A DNA stretch of 64,000 bases, taken from NCBI GenBank assembly GCA_028023455.1, contig JAQFVV010000009.1, positions 12,400,001-12,464,000 on the forward strand, given 5' to 3'. The notes beneath the pieces were generated by a model that worked only from the letters and a program-made list of their open reading frames with translations, made no database searches and was not told the origin of the DNA. This document shows positions 40,830-54,500 of the stretch, piece by piece (the first letter of the stretch is position 1; every line of letters starts with the position of its first letter). The position numbers and the translations under genes are program-made. The DNA is from Epiperipatus broadwayi (lineage: Eukaryota; Animalia; Onychophora).

Positions 40830-43800
40830 AGTTATACAAATGAATACTTATAATGTATAAATAATTACTTATTTATTATTATTTATAAATTGTAAATATG
40901 ACTTTGTACAATTTTAGTTTCAAAATACATGTTCATTCACCCTTCGAATAAATTATACAAAGTTACATATCAAATACAGTGTTTCTACTAAGATTTCATC
41001 ACATATATATACAATTCTTATCAATCAAAATACACTGTAATTTACAATGAATCCAATATAATGATCAATAACATATAATAAATCAAATAACATGTTAATT
41101 TACTTTAAACGGAACCTTAGGAGCATAAATGACATCAAATTAACATAAGCCTCCTTTCAGGGCCATTCATCAGAATCAACATCTTTGATTGCACCAAAAT
41201 TAATTTACATAATTTACAATAATATAGATAATTTCTCATAGCAAAACTTATTAAACCAAAGGTCTTAAAACATTACATATAATAAATTTGTGTCTTTCTA
41301 CCATTCTGGTGGGCATCAGTTTCTTCGATTTACATACATTACTTTAACGAAATATCCCCATTTTTGAAGCATTATCACACAGTAACAATGTTTTTCTGCT
41401 TAAATACTTCAGCTGTTGTACTTTTGCATTACTTTCCTTCTCCATCACCTAACGTCCACTCTTAAAAAGTCCTACTTTTCAGCCAATTCTTAACATGAGT
41501 GATCCACTGAATATTCCCATGGCTATACTTCAATATACTCCAGACTTATACATTGTCTTAGATTGATTTGAGACCAAGTTTGATCGATTAGCCATTTTTG
41601 GCAAAAAAAATTGTCAGTATCTTTTATTGTTGTAATAAATAAACTTGTTTTAACTGGGTCACAGTCTTTCTCACTCTCAAAAAGCAGTTTATTTCTCAGT
41701 GTCCAAATACAAATTGATAAATGTTGCTAGTCTAATAATTCTGAAGTGACCTTTCTTAAATGCTTTTATCAAGTGTACGCATGTTGCTTCACCATAGTAT
41801 AGGATTTGATGGCATTATGCAGGCTAGTCCAAATTTTGCACTCTAGTATATGTACCATTGTCTCATCATCCCTTCTACATAAGGAGCATATTGTGTCCAA
41901 ATTATAACCTCTTTGATTATGCAGAAAAGCTGCAGTAGGTAAGGCCCCTAGGTTGACCTTGATCAGACAGTCTATAAATCTTGGTTTTAAAATTTTAATT
42001 GCTTAACCTAGAGAACCTTAAGATCCCAATGGGCAGAAAGTTATCTATTTTCATCTTATTTGGGTTCATAAGTTCCAATAGTTTATTTTGCTATTAAACA
42101 TTGTTGCAGTATTCCTGACCTTAAGATTTTTCAAAGGCAAAGACACTTGTTTGTGTATCCATAGCATCCCACTTTTGGATGGGGGTCAATCTGTCAGAAT
42201 TTCTTTTTTAATAAATCGGACTCTCCATGTCAGGATTATTGATGAACAATTTTACTACAAGAATATTATGAGCACATTGTATCAAACAGGTCTTAATTGC
42301 ATGTAGACCTAATCCATTCAATTGTCTCTAACTCTGCAGGAGCCTTAGGCTGATGACAGGAGCCCCCCCTCAACATAACTTCCTACACTGAGTTTTAACT
42401 TTCCTTATAAAGGTTTTCGTCAGAAAAAAACCCACAAGAAAGTATGTAATCTTTGGGAGCATAACAGCATTCATCAGAGCTATTTTCCTAAACAATGATA
42501 AATATATTTTAGCCAGAGATCTGACAAAATTTGCTGTTTTGATCATTAAACCATTTTCAATATCCTTCCTCATCTTGAATGGGGGGGGGGGAAGCAAGAT
42601 GGAATCCCAGGAACTTCTGAGGAGGAGCTTTGAACCTGGTGGAAATTTGCTTCCTGGTCTTAATTGTACCATATGGCCAACTTCTCATTGACCTTAGACC
42701 AAATTCAGATTTGAATTGGTCCAAGTGCTCCTCAAGCCTTGCAAATTCCTCCTGTGAAGCGAGAAAAAGCATCACATCATCCATATAGGAGATGTGGTAG
42801 ATTCTCTCTTTCAGCAAAGGGATGGCTATCTTCTTAAGAGATGCCTCAATGCTCAGCAGGAGGGATTCACATAGGCAATGAAAAGGACCATACTCAGGGG
42901 TGAGCCCTGAGGAATGGAAACATCAGGCTTGAATCCTGAAGAGACTCTTCCATCCGGAGACAAAAACACCTCCCGATTATGGAGGTTATCATCTGGAGGT
43001 AGACAGCAGGTACCTTGAGTCCCTCCAAGACCCTCAAAAGTATGTCAACTTTGACACAATCAAAAGCTGCAGCAAAGTCAAGCTGTACAGTGACTGGCTA
43101 TGACATCTTCATGTGAATATGATCTACCAAGAGGAAAAATCAGCTCACAGCTTCAGCCATTGAACTCCTCCTCTTGGAAAACTGGTAATTGGTCAGCTGA
43201 TCTATAATGTCTTGAATATCAATTTTAATAAGGCCCTCAACTGCCTTTACTAGTAGAGGAATCATCGATATGAGCCTAAGATTCTTCAGGCTCTGAGGGC
43301 CCTCTAGCTTCTTAACCAGGGGAACCATGGCTATTGGATTGATCCCTGGAAGTTTCTGGCAACCATCAGCCAAAAAGTCAGGTATTCACTTAATAATAGG
43401 TGCTGTAAAAGCACTCAAATCAGCAAGCCAGGGTGAGTCCTTCGGCATCATTCAATAATTCTGTGATCTTATGCATGGAGCCTTCACTATATTAAAGATT
43501 TTCCTGCTAAAGGCAACTCCCTGAAGTTTAAACTTTTCTTTATAATAATCATGTATCCTGGCAAGCATGGAAGACCCTGCAGCATCTTCGCCTTTCTGCT
43601 GGCCCCAAGGGCCCACCTAAAGTAACCCCTGGTCCAGCAATGCTGATGTTGGATAAATTGCTGTGCTCTTTTGACCGATAGACCTCTTTAGGCAAATTCA
43701 TTAATTTTTCAGCAATCTTATCTAACTGATATCATCCGAACAGGATCTCAGGCTTTTGAGGTATATCTGGCAATTAATTTTTCTAAAATCTCAGTAAATT

Positions 43801-46800
43801 GCATTCATGCATCATATGATGAAGATTACGATGTGCCTCAGATACTAATTGAGTATTAATATTAGTGCAGGTCAACATTCTGATTTCTAGGGAGCTCAGA
43901 CATCACATTACAGGAATTATTAATTTCACTGCAAGGTGATCCAAAAAGGTTATTGGTCAAAGCTCCACCTTAATAGAGCTGATAATTATAGGGGAGACAA
44001 AGAGCAAATCAATTAGTCTGCTTTTCTTGTATAATATGAAAAGATCTCTGGAAACAGGGATCTGCAACCAATTAATGGCAGGTTGATTGATTGGTTGTAT
44101 TTTTTCTGAAAACTTTAATAGGATAAATTGGAAATCAACAATTGTCATCGGGAAGGGATTAGTTCTCAATGATAGATTTATATTTTGTACTACTTTATAT
44201 ATGATTTCCATTTGCCTTGATAAGTATATATTTATTAAATTGAAAGTAAAATTTTGAAATTTAATAATTGCTAATACACAGTTATTATCAACCTTAATTA
44301 TCTTGAAGGAGGTGATTGCCAAATTGTTATTTATTACTATTGCTCACTTCCCACCGCTAAATTAGAAAAGGAGTAATCCTGTCAATAATTTGGTGATCAG
44401 TTTGGTGATGCATCTTTGATTTCCTGAGACATAATAATATCAGGGGCCCAAACCCTAAACCACTGCTCTAATGCAAAGACTTTTATTCTTGAATTCAAGC
44501 CCCTGACAGTCATTGATGCAATTTTAATCATTCAGAAATGAGGTTAAGATTGTTCTAGATCAATCCTTGACTCATGGGAGACCTATTCTTATTTTCACAC
44601 AGTTCATTCAATTTCACTTCAAACTCCAGAAGCTGTAAACTTTCTTCATCATTATTGATGAGGATGGATGCAGACACTTCTTCCTTAACATCTAAATCAG
44701 CTCTATCCATTTGCGGACAATCATTTCAATATTCTATCTGATAAAGTCATCTGGAATTGATTCTATCAACAATTTAGTCAAGCTCGGAGAGCTAAGCCAG
44801 GTCTGCTTAATTGATTGGGGTGGAGAGAAAGTTATCTGATCTGATATATCTAGTAGATTCTCCAAGACCTGCTTTCACAATCCAATTTACCCTTGTTTGT
44901 GGAGCAGGTGAACCTTTTCAATATTTCTTTTCCTTTGAGAAAGACCTCCATACTCATTTCCTACCACTTTGTTCTCTTGAACTGAAACATTTGAATTCCA
45001 TGATCTTAAATCCTCCATTGAGGACAGAATATCTTCATTTTGAAAAAGTCTTTTAAATGTTCCTGATTGTGATGAATTTTCTTCATCAATATGTGGGACT
45101 TCAATTGACTGTTCTTCTTGTGTATTCCATATGTTTAATCTTTCATTTATTCTTGTCTTGAATTAGTCTTTATGGCCCCACACACATTGCATTTTCTGAG
45201 TGGGCATTCCCTTATCAAGTGCCCATAATGCTTACAAAAAAAACACTGTGGGGCTACACCTCTCAGCATAATGATTAGAGAAAATTTGTTATAATCAATC
45301 AATGATGGAACTAATATGGGTGATATTTCTTTCTTCAGTAATATTTTAAAATTAGCAGAATTTTGTTAAAAATCGGGAATTTAAATAACTGATAGATTGG
45401 TACTGGAAATTTAATACTCTTCCATAAGGGCCAAGTATTCTTTGCAAATCTGCAATTTCAAAATTAACTCTACAATTATGGATCACTCCGTCTATACAAG
45501 CTGGTCTATTTAAATCTACATGTATCAAAAATCTATTGAAACTTATTTTTAAATGATTCCTTCATAAATGAGTTATTAAACTGTACAACTATATATCAAT
45601 CATTGGGGTGAAAAAAAATGTATAAATAGATTGCCCGAGGCCTTGTTGTTCAATTAGCCTATATAAGTCTTGCACTGAAATTTTTAAAATAATTTAGATT
45701 CTTATCTGTTGTAGACATTAATAGTGTATTCTCATGTTTATAGATTCTGAAAAGGTTCTCATCAAAGCTGCAGGAATCGATTGATTGAATCTATGTAATT
45801 ACTGAGTGTAATGAAGAGTAACTTCTATAAAACATCACCTTGATCTGATTCTAGTTCATCTATATTATCATTTTCCTCTGATTCCATCACTAGTATTGCA
45901 ATACTCAATCTTCATTTCTCTGGGGATTTTTCTGTAAGACCGAATCATTTCTGTTTTGCACATTTATGTTTCTCTTAATACTCTCGGTGTAAGTCATTGG
46001 CTCAGTTTTAGTGTGTATTCCATTGGCTGCACTAAGTAGGGCTTGTTTGCTAGACTTCATCATGCCTTAAAGGGGGGAAATTATCATTTGTAGGTTGATT
46101 TAACTTTTCATTAGCAGAATCTTGATCTTTTTCTTTATATTTAGGTAAAATATTTAATATAGTTTGATCTCCTTCCTCTTTCCATGGAGTTATCTTGCTT
46201 TCATGAAGGTTCATTTTATATCTTGTATAAGTGTAAGTTGGAAATTTTACTCCTTGTATTTTGTAACAAGCTCTTGGTGTTAGTCCTATCTGAATCCTTT
46301 TCTTGATTTTTCCCTTTGTTGGGATCTTTTGTTTTGTCTACAATAACTTTATTCCTTCTAGAATCTTGTTTTGGTTCTTCATAAACTTGTTTTTTGCTTA
46401 TCAAATCATAATTTTGACTCATTTTGCTTTTATTTATCGTTTCATTCACTCCCCGCACTGGAGGCATCATTCTCGCAGCCCCAAAGGCTTCTCTAGGTGA
46501 TTACGATAGTATTTGGCACTCAAATGCTCATTCACCATTTCTGATTCATTATTGTTTTGTTTTAATGTTAGTTTTTTAAGCTTAGAATTTTTTAATAGTG
46601 CCACCTCTGCATCCTTATCTTGTTTATAACTTCCTTCTCCTACATTAAAAATCTTCAGGATTAGTTTTAAATTATAGGTCTCTCCGTGGTTTATAATATC
46701 ACTTTTAAAAAATGATTTCTTAACTAATTCTCGATTTTTCCCTACCTGCCAGTTTTCACCGCTGCCGGCAACTTCCAGTTCGTCACGAAAATATCGTAAC

Positions 46801-46850
46801 TCAATTGAAAGTCTCCAGTTTTTTCAATAGAACTTTTTTGTTTCTTTGAG
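40830..46850 (-). mobile_element. Near full-length decayed L1/Tx1-like LINE (ORF1 zinc knuckle; ORF2 APE-RT-CCHC)
   Basis: ORF1 CFFCKHYGHLIRECP (45201-45245), APE-like segment at 43950-44500, RT motifs LDFAAAFD, PQGSP and SYMDD (42770-43090), and C-terminal CSLCRRDDETMVHILEC (41838-41888). Disrupted by stops. Confidence 0.8.
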
Positions 46851-47169
46851 TTTTCACTCCTCTCTTTTTTTTTGTATTGTTTATTTTATCATTTCCCATC
46901 ATAATTAATTTATCATTGTCATTTTGTACAATTTTATAGAATCAATATTTGAAAAAACAAAATAAAATACATGTTATGCAATTAAGACTGCTTAATGCTA
47001 CTAGCAATTATCTATAATATAACACTACAATACTAGCTAAAAGAACTCAATTTTACTAAAATTCTTCCACAATTATGGTTTCATCTATTAACAAATAGTT
47101 CTTAAATTTTAAGTGAAATTCAACTAAACATATATATATATATTATTACTTTGCATTTTATTTTTGCAG

Positions 47170-47220
47170 AAAATGTAAGTCTTGCAGGCGCATTGTGTTT
47201 ACACAGTCTTCAAGTCGGTT
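47170..47220 (+). CDS. Candidate 51-nt symmetric (phase 1-1) cassette exon, (K/E/Q)NVSLAGALCLHSLQVG
   Basis: Strong acceptor (tactttgcattttatttttgcag|) and donor (|gtgagt). Length is a multiple of 3, it is open in the phase needed to join exon B, and it is richer in GC and CpG than its flanks. No homology recognised. Confidence 0.5.
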
Positions 47221-48189
47221 GTGAGTCAATCACTTTTATAAGCTACTGAAAATTTTTTCTTTTGCTACTTTAGTTTTCTTGCTAATAGGCTTTAGTTTCT
47301 TAACTTTTTAAAAAACATCAAAAGGAATATTTGAATGTTTTTCTTTAATGTAACAAATAAAACTTCAACTTATCCTCGTCAATTTTATACTAAATAAACT
47401 CAGTATTATCAAATTCCAAATCTTGTATTACACATGGAAAGTTCTCAGATAACTTTTTACCCCCCCCCCTCCTTTATTATTTTTTGATATAAATATTAGG
47501 AATTTTTAATAAATAACTCCACAACTACACTTTGTAATGAATATTTCTTACATAAAAAAATAGCTGTAGCAAGTTGTAATTGTAAAGTAGATATAAAATC
47601 TTGCAAATAAAAAAACAAGCAAATTTTATAAATCATGGATTAAGTCCAGTATTTGAAGAGAAAATCTGAATTTTTTTCAAATAATTGATTTTTTAGGCAA
47701 AAAAAAAAGGCATCATTAAATCAATTGATACAATTTACTAATATATTTTTTCTAATAAATAAAATTCAAAAGCTATAAAATGGCAATTCCAGTTTGCTTT
47801 CCTGTGTTACATAATAGTGAAATCTTTAGTTACAGTCACAGATAACATGCCATTTCTGATAATCATGGTCTGTATGCAAATACTAATACACATTTATTGT
47901 ATATTATACAAATATACTATAACATTGATACAAACTCTCTCTTCATAAGTGTAAAGTGCTATTAGTTAAATATTTGGGAATTATCAAACAAATATGACGT
48001 TGAATCTCCTCTCTATAAATAATCCTACTACTCATTGTTTAATACTATTTGTTTATATTTTTGGTTTTTTTTTTTAAGCAAATCTACTGTGCTCTGTTTT
48101 ACCTGAATAGTAAATTGTCTTATATACCCTAAACAAATGAAGATAGTGAATTATTTCTTAGATCTTTATAAATTAATTAATCTGCCACC

Positions 48190-48270
48190 CTGCATGATTA
48201 GTGGCAATGTTTAGAGTATCAGACTCTGGAGCATAAGGTCCTAAGATTAATTCCAGTGCTGATATTTCCA
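48190..48270 (+). repeat. Possible decayed tRNA-derived SINE head
   Basis: tagtggcaatgtttagagtatcagactctggagcataaggtcctaagattaattccagtg has tRNA-like spacing of degenerate A and B boxes. Confidence 0.3.
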
Positions 48271-48349
48271 ATGCTCTAACTTCTTATGAACCCTAAAGCA
48301 ATAAAACCATTCAATTGTTTAATAGATTTTATATTATTATCCTTCTAAT

Positions 48350-49050
48350 TGCTGTCTATTAATTTTCCTTTTCTTTAGAAATTTCATCATCAATGAACTA
48401 TTTTTATTTTATTATCCAATTGTTTTTTGGACATCTCATTGACCACATGGAGTTTTTTCTTCACTTGCCTGTATTTTCTCTTTGCATCTTTCACTTCTTT
48501 CTTTTTTCTTAAACCAATAGTCACCTTCAATTTAGTTAGTTAGTTTTATCTTCTTTGTTTATCATTTCATAATTGTTCAATAGACCACATTTTCAAAATT
48601 GATGTATCTTTTTCAGTCTTTATGAGTGGTATTTTTTTCATGCCAAAAAGTTTTTTGTTTTATTGATAATTTCATTTTCAAAATTTGAACCTTTTAGTTT
48701 ACATTTCATCAAATAGTATGTAGTTCACAGAAACAGCAGAAGCATTATTTTCCTTAAATATCAAAACCAAATTTTTTGTATATTAAATTTTTTTCCATAA
48801 AAATGATAAAATCAAATAAATTTATTCAAACTGCTCATCAAGTGTCATGTAACAACTCCATCCACAAAACAGTACTGATAATCTTTGCCCTGTCACATCT
48901 TGATCTTATGTAAACAAACATGGAAACTTTTTTAATCAAATCCTTTGACAAAAGATATTGGCAATTAGTCTGTACTACTAAACAGTTTTTTTTTCTCTCT
49001 GTGGAAGTAATTTTTTAATTAAATCCACAAAGTAATATAAGATAAAGTAT
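48350..49050 (-). mobile_element. Possible Sola1-like DNA transposase relic
   Basis: Degenerate minus-strand segments resembling 'P...SHY.R' and 'F..PKKD.C' (KTEKDT). Weak. Confidence 0.25.
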
Positions 49051-49815
49051 GCCATTCTGAATAAATTCTTCAATATGGTAAATTTTGTATTATCATTTAA
49101 GTATTATTAAAAATAGTTTTATTGGAAATATATATCAGTAAATATAGTATTTTGATCTGCTCTTTGCTTCATATATTTTTATTAGAGCCATTATAATTTC
49201 AAAATGAACAAATATATTGATAAATGTTATATAATTGATTGTTTATTGACAAGATCATTTGGATTTCTGAGTTTTATTACTAAACAATAAGTAAAGGCAG
49301 AAAGACCAAAATGAGAAATGACAAATTTAAATATGAAAATTGAGCCTGCTTTAACAGGGTGTAAAAAAAATTTAGTTGGCTATGCATTCTTCTTTTTAAA
49401 AAAAGATATGGAATTTATCTGGTTTTAATGATTTAATAAAAACTGAACAATTAATTCATCTAAAAATAATACTTTGATTTAAATACTTAATTCTTATTTT
49501 GATTCGTAATGAAAAATTGTATTGCTTCTGAATCTCTAATCTCACTGCAAGTCATTGACTTCATCCAATCTTAATTCACCCATTCATATTTTTATCTATT
49601 GATTTAATATTAGTATAACATTACAAAAAGAAAATGTTGCATTCTGAATTATAAACTGAAAAATACCTATCAAAAAAATTTTTAAAAATTAATTTAAAAA
49701 GTATATATAATAAATATAAAAATATGAATATTAATAAAGAGCAGGTATCCTTACCCTATTCTAAAGCTGTCTATTAACTTGAGTAATTAATGGATGACAG
49801 GTGATACGTGGTTCA

Positions 49816-49867
49816 GAATCTCCAATTCAGTTTCTGGCTTTGCCATCATTGGTGAAAACTAAGATTC
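49816..49867 (-). ncRNA. Degenerate hammerhead ribozyme relic
   Basis: The minus strand reads gaauc..uca CCAAUGA uggc-aaa-gcca GAAA cugaau uggagauuc. Stem II and GAAA are intact; the CUGA box and cleavage triplet are mutated. Confidence 0.45.
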
Positions 49868-51599
49868 AACACTGAAACTAATGAATTTATTCATACGATT
49901 TTTATTCTATTTAAAATAATGCATATGTTTATTAGTTCCAGGATTTGATTCCTAGTTTTCATTGATAAAAACATCTAAAATTTATCTGGATATGAAGATC
50001 TTGTAACACCCATCTAATGTTGATTGATTATTTAACTTAAAGTAGATGGAAGAGGGTGAAGATAAATGTTTTTGAAAATATATCATTAAGCATGTGACAA
50101 ATTCATGGCAATAATAATAACAAATAAATATTATTAAAAAATAAATTTGTTATCAATCAATCAAAAGAATAAAAGAAAATGAATTCAATACTTCGATACA
50201 TTAAAAAAATTAAAATTAAAGCTAAAATATAATTGTTAATTAACAATTATTAATATTAAATATGGATTGATTTTTTTTTCCTATTTTCTTTCTATATGAT
50301 CAAATAAAAAAATACATAGAAAACTTCACCAAATTATAGTGTACTTCACTGAGTCATACCTTATAACTCAAAATCTGTTTGTTTACTTGTATACTATTCC
50401 CAAGAAATTACCTACAATAAAAAAAATTAAAAAAAAAAAATCAATTAAAAAATGATTATAGGTTTTGCAAAGTATTGAACTTTTCATCTTGTTGGAATTA
50501 ATTAATTTATATTAGAAAATATTAAGTTATTATTGTCTCAAAATTGGAATGAATCTTGAATATGAGTTAATTCTCTAACCACACGTATTCAGAAAAAATA
50601 ATCATTTTTGATATTCTCTTTTTAACTTGATTAAAAATATGTAATATCCTGTTGCATCAATGCTATCATGATTAAAACATTTGATAATTATTCTTATTAC
50701 ACACTTATTGAATTACCTCACTCATTAATTAACACCCGTTGATAAGACATACTAGGTTAAATAATTTTTTAGAATTATCTTGCAAAGATTATACGCAATC
50801 AAACCAATAACTTGTTACTATTATTATTTTATGACTAGTGTATTTTAAAGAGTTTTAAACTATTGCAGTATCCATATCTTTGTTCTCTGCTGTATTTTTT
50901 TAAAAAGTTGAGAATTTTTTTAGAGGAATAAATTATATCAAAAACATACGAACTACTTTTCTATATCTATGTATTACCATTAATACAACTTCTTTAATCA
51001 CTTTTTACAATGCAATCAAAATTTATTCCTTGATATTTTCTTATAGTTTTGGCTGACCACCAGTCTTTATCAGCACTCCAATATGCAAATATATGTGACT
51101 GTACAATTAGTACATATTTATACATATATAAATAGATATAATTATATAATACATATATAATTTATATTGAAATAAAATACTACTTTTCTACTTCATCTTT
51201 GAGTAGTAAGTAATTTAGATTGCGCTTTACGCAAAAAGTGAAGCTTGTCTAAATTACTTAAATATTTTATATTATAAATTTTACAGAATATAACATGCAA
51301 CTCAGAAATTATTATTTATCTTTATGCATTTTTAACAATTCTATAAATATTAACCTTTTTGTTTCTTATTTTTATTTGATTTCTTTTGTATAAAATGTTA
51401 ATATATATACGGTATATTATTTTACAATTATATAACTTTTAAACTTTTTAATAATTTATTTTTATCATTTTAATTGTTCCATTAAAATTTTAATCATGCA
51501 TTACTTAACTATAATATAATTATACATTTTCCTTTTTTTCTTTTTTATATATATAACCTTACTTCTTTCAACTCTTAAAAACTTTTAACTGCCAAAATC

Positions 51600-54500
51600 T
51601 ATATTGTGATGCGACATCGAAGTCAGAAATCTCTCAGCCAATATGCCTAAGAAAATCCCATGTTCTTCTCTATCCTGCTCTATCCCATTTCCACAACATC
51701 ATCTTTGTCCACTCTATGGCCCTTTTATTTATATCCCCTTATCCTTTGCCAACTTCAGCATAAAGACCAAAAAACCCCTTTCGACATAATCACTTGGTCT
51801 ATATTTATTCTCCCACAACTATTATTTGTACTCTTTCTGCTTGTAAGCATTTACATTCAATTAAAACATATGTAATATTTTCTATGCCTTCCTTACATAG
51901 TCTGCAGACTAAATCCCCCATAATTCTCTATGTGTATATTTTCTTGTTGCTAATGATCCTGTTTGAATAAACAGTAAACTAGTTTTCCTGCTATTATAAT
52001 GTTTACTTTTATAAATATTTAAGCTCTTTTTACTCTCCATACTAGCACTCTAGCTCCCTATTTTTTATTAATGTATCTATTCTTCTATCCCAGTCCTTTC
52101 CACTATAACATTCCACAATCATCCCATCCTATGCACAAGTATACTGATACAAAGCTTTTATCCAAATCTGTTGCATACTGTACTGTCTTTCTCACCCATC
52201 TTGTTGCCTGCCTTTTACTCATAACTCAATTAAATACTATTTTAGTTATTCTCTTACTATCCATAAATTGCAATCTATCGAATATTTTCACTTTGCTTTT
52301 TGTATCTCTCATATAAAAATTTGACCATCCCATTTCTTCTTGAAATACCTCCTTTGCCATCCATGCATCTGCATCTAATGCATGTCTTCCTAATTCTTTT
52401 TGTATTTAGGTAATCTAGCAACTCTTTGCTAACATATAATACATCATTATCATAGGTTAATTCCACTATATCATATTTATTATATGAAAATACTATTAGT
52501 TTCTTTATCATGCCCTTTCTTTTCTTTGCTTCACTTATGAATTTTTTCTCTCATTCATCCAAGCAATTCCTCTCATTACTTAAGATGATTCCCAAATAGT
52601 TATATCTGTTCACCACATTTAACTTAATATTCCCCAAGAAAAAATCTTTATCTTTTTCCCCAGCATTTACCATCATTACTTTGGATTTTTCTTCACTAAA
52701 TTTGATCCCCATCTCTTTACTCATCCCTGTGCAAGTGTTGAGCACAGATTCCACATCTTCCCATTTTCTGTGCATAAGAAAGTATCATCAGCAAATAAAA
52801 GACCTGACAATGTATATAATCTCTTGTCATCTACTAATAGTATCACTATATCTCTTCCTAATCTTTTTATTGTCTTCTCTATTTCTTTTAAATATCACAA
52901 AAACAAAATAGGTGATATAGGGTATCTTTGCCTTAGTTCCACACCATTTTTAACTCTAGCTGATTCTATATTTCCTAATTGATATGCATAATAATTATTT
53001 TTCATACAATCTCTTAATAAAACCCACTAAAACTCCATTTATTCCTAAATTTACTAAATTTAACCATAATATATTTCTATTCATTCTATCATATGCCTTC
53101 TCTACTCTATAAAGACCATATATAACTGCCTACTTGTATTCCTACTCATATCTATAAGTTGTGTGACTGACTGCAAATAAACTATCTCTTATATGTCTAT
53201 TCATTCTAAAACCTTCTAGCATTTCTCCCACTATATTATTTTCTTCCATATATTTTGTCACCCAGTCACCATATATGCAAAAACTTTATACATTACCAAT
53301 GTTACCACTACTGATCTATAATTATTTATCTTTCTATGGTTCTTATCCTTTTCTTTAAATAATAGCTTCACTCTTGTATTATTCCAGTTATTTGGAAATT
53401 CTGTTTTCTGTGCCATCTTATTAAAACATGATAATAGATTTAACTTTACCCTATTTCCCAAATTCATCACCATCTCTGCTGCCCATCCATCTAAATCTCT
53501 TGCCTTTCCAATTTCCTCCCTGTCTCATTCAATTCATTTTCCATAAAACTAACATTTCCATTACTATGTGCTTCTTATGATTGTTATCATTCTGTTCTTC
53601 ACATCCAACATCTTTTCTATATCCATTACATAGACTTATTTAAGATTATCTCTAATTCCTTTCTAGAACTACCCTCTTTCTCCTAATCATTCAGTAATAC
53701 TATTTCTCTCTCCCCTACATTCCTTCTTTTAATGTATTTCCAAAATTTTTTACTCCCATCTCTTCCACTCTTAGTAATATCTTTCATTAATTTACTATTT
53801 AATTTCATTCTTTCCCTATAATTATCTATTTTAGCCAACTTCTTTTTATTGAAATAGTTTTCCCATTTATTTTTTCACTTTTCTTTTGCTTTTAATAGCT
53901 CATTTATATTCTCTGCATGTTTTCCCCCTCTCTTTTACACTTTTACTAATTCTCATTTTTTATTACTTCTGTTTTTCTGAATATTCTCACCTAAAACCTT
54001 ATTTGCCATTTTTCTACTTCTCCACACCAATCCTTATATTCATTCCCAACTCCTCCATATTTTTTTCTACTTTTATTTTGTATTCTTCTTATACTTATCA
54101 TTCACCCTCCATCCATATCTTTCACTCTTCTTTCTACTTTTATTATTTTCCATCATATTACTAACCATTTCTTATTATAAAGAAATTATGATCACTATTA
54201 CATACTTTCTCTTCATTATCAAAAATTTTAATTTTCTGTACTTTATTCATTCCCTTTTTATCAACTAATGCATAATTTATTGTGTGAAATACATTATTTC
54301 TAGATTGTGTGTATTGCCCCTCATAAATATTTGATAAATTTCCAATGCTCAAATTCATTCTCTGCCAAAAAAAATTTTCAGAAGATTGTCCATTCTTGTT
54401 ATCCAAATTATCAAAGTCTTCAACATGTCCATTCATATCCTCTATAACTATTATTTTCTTTCCCTTTTTTTTTTTGAAACTCTGTATATCCTTGAATAAG

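Noticed and set aside
41140-41180. CUGAUGA...GAAA on the - strand in the LINE 3' region
   Set aside because: Stem II cannot form (only one pair) and there is no stem I/III, so it is not a hammerhead.
47170-47220. Alternative frame KCKSCRRIVFTQSSSR resembling the DUSP12 zinc-binding motif
   Set aside because: It needs phase 2, which is incompatible with the flanking phase-1 p38 exons. The usual Tyr before K-C is not encodable here, and no other DUSP12 exons were seen.
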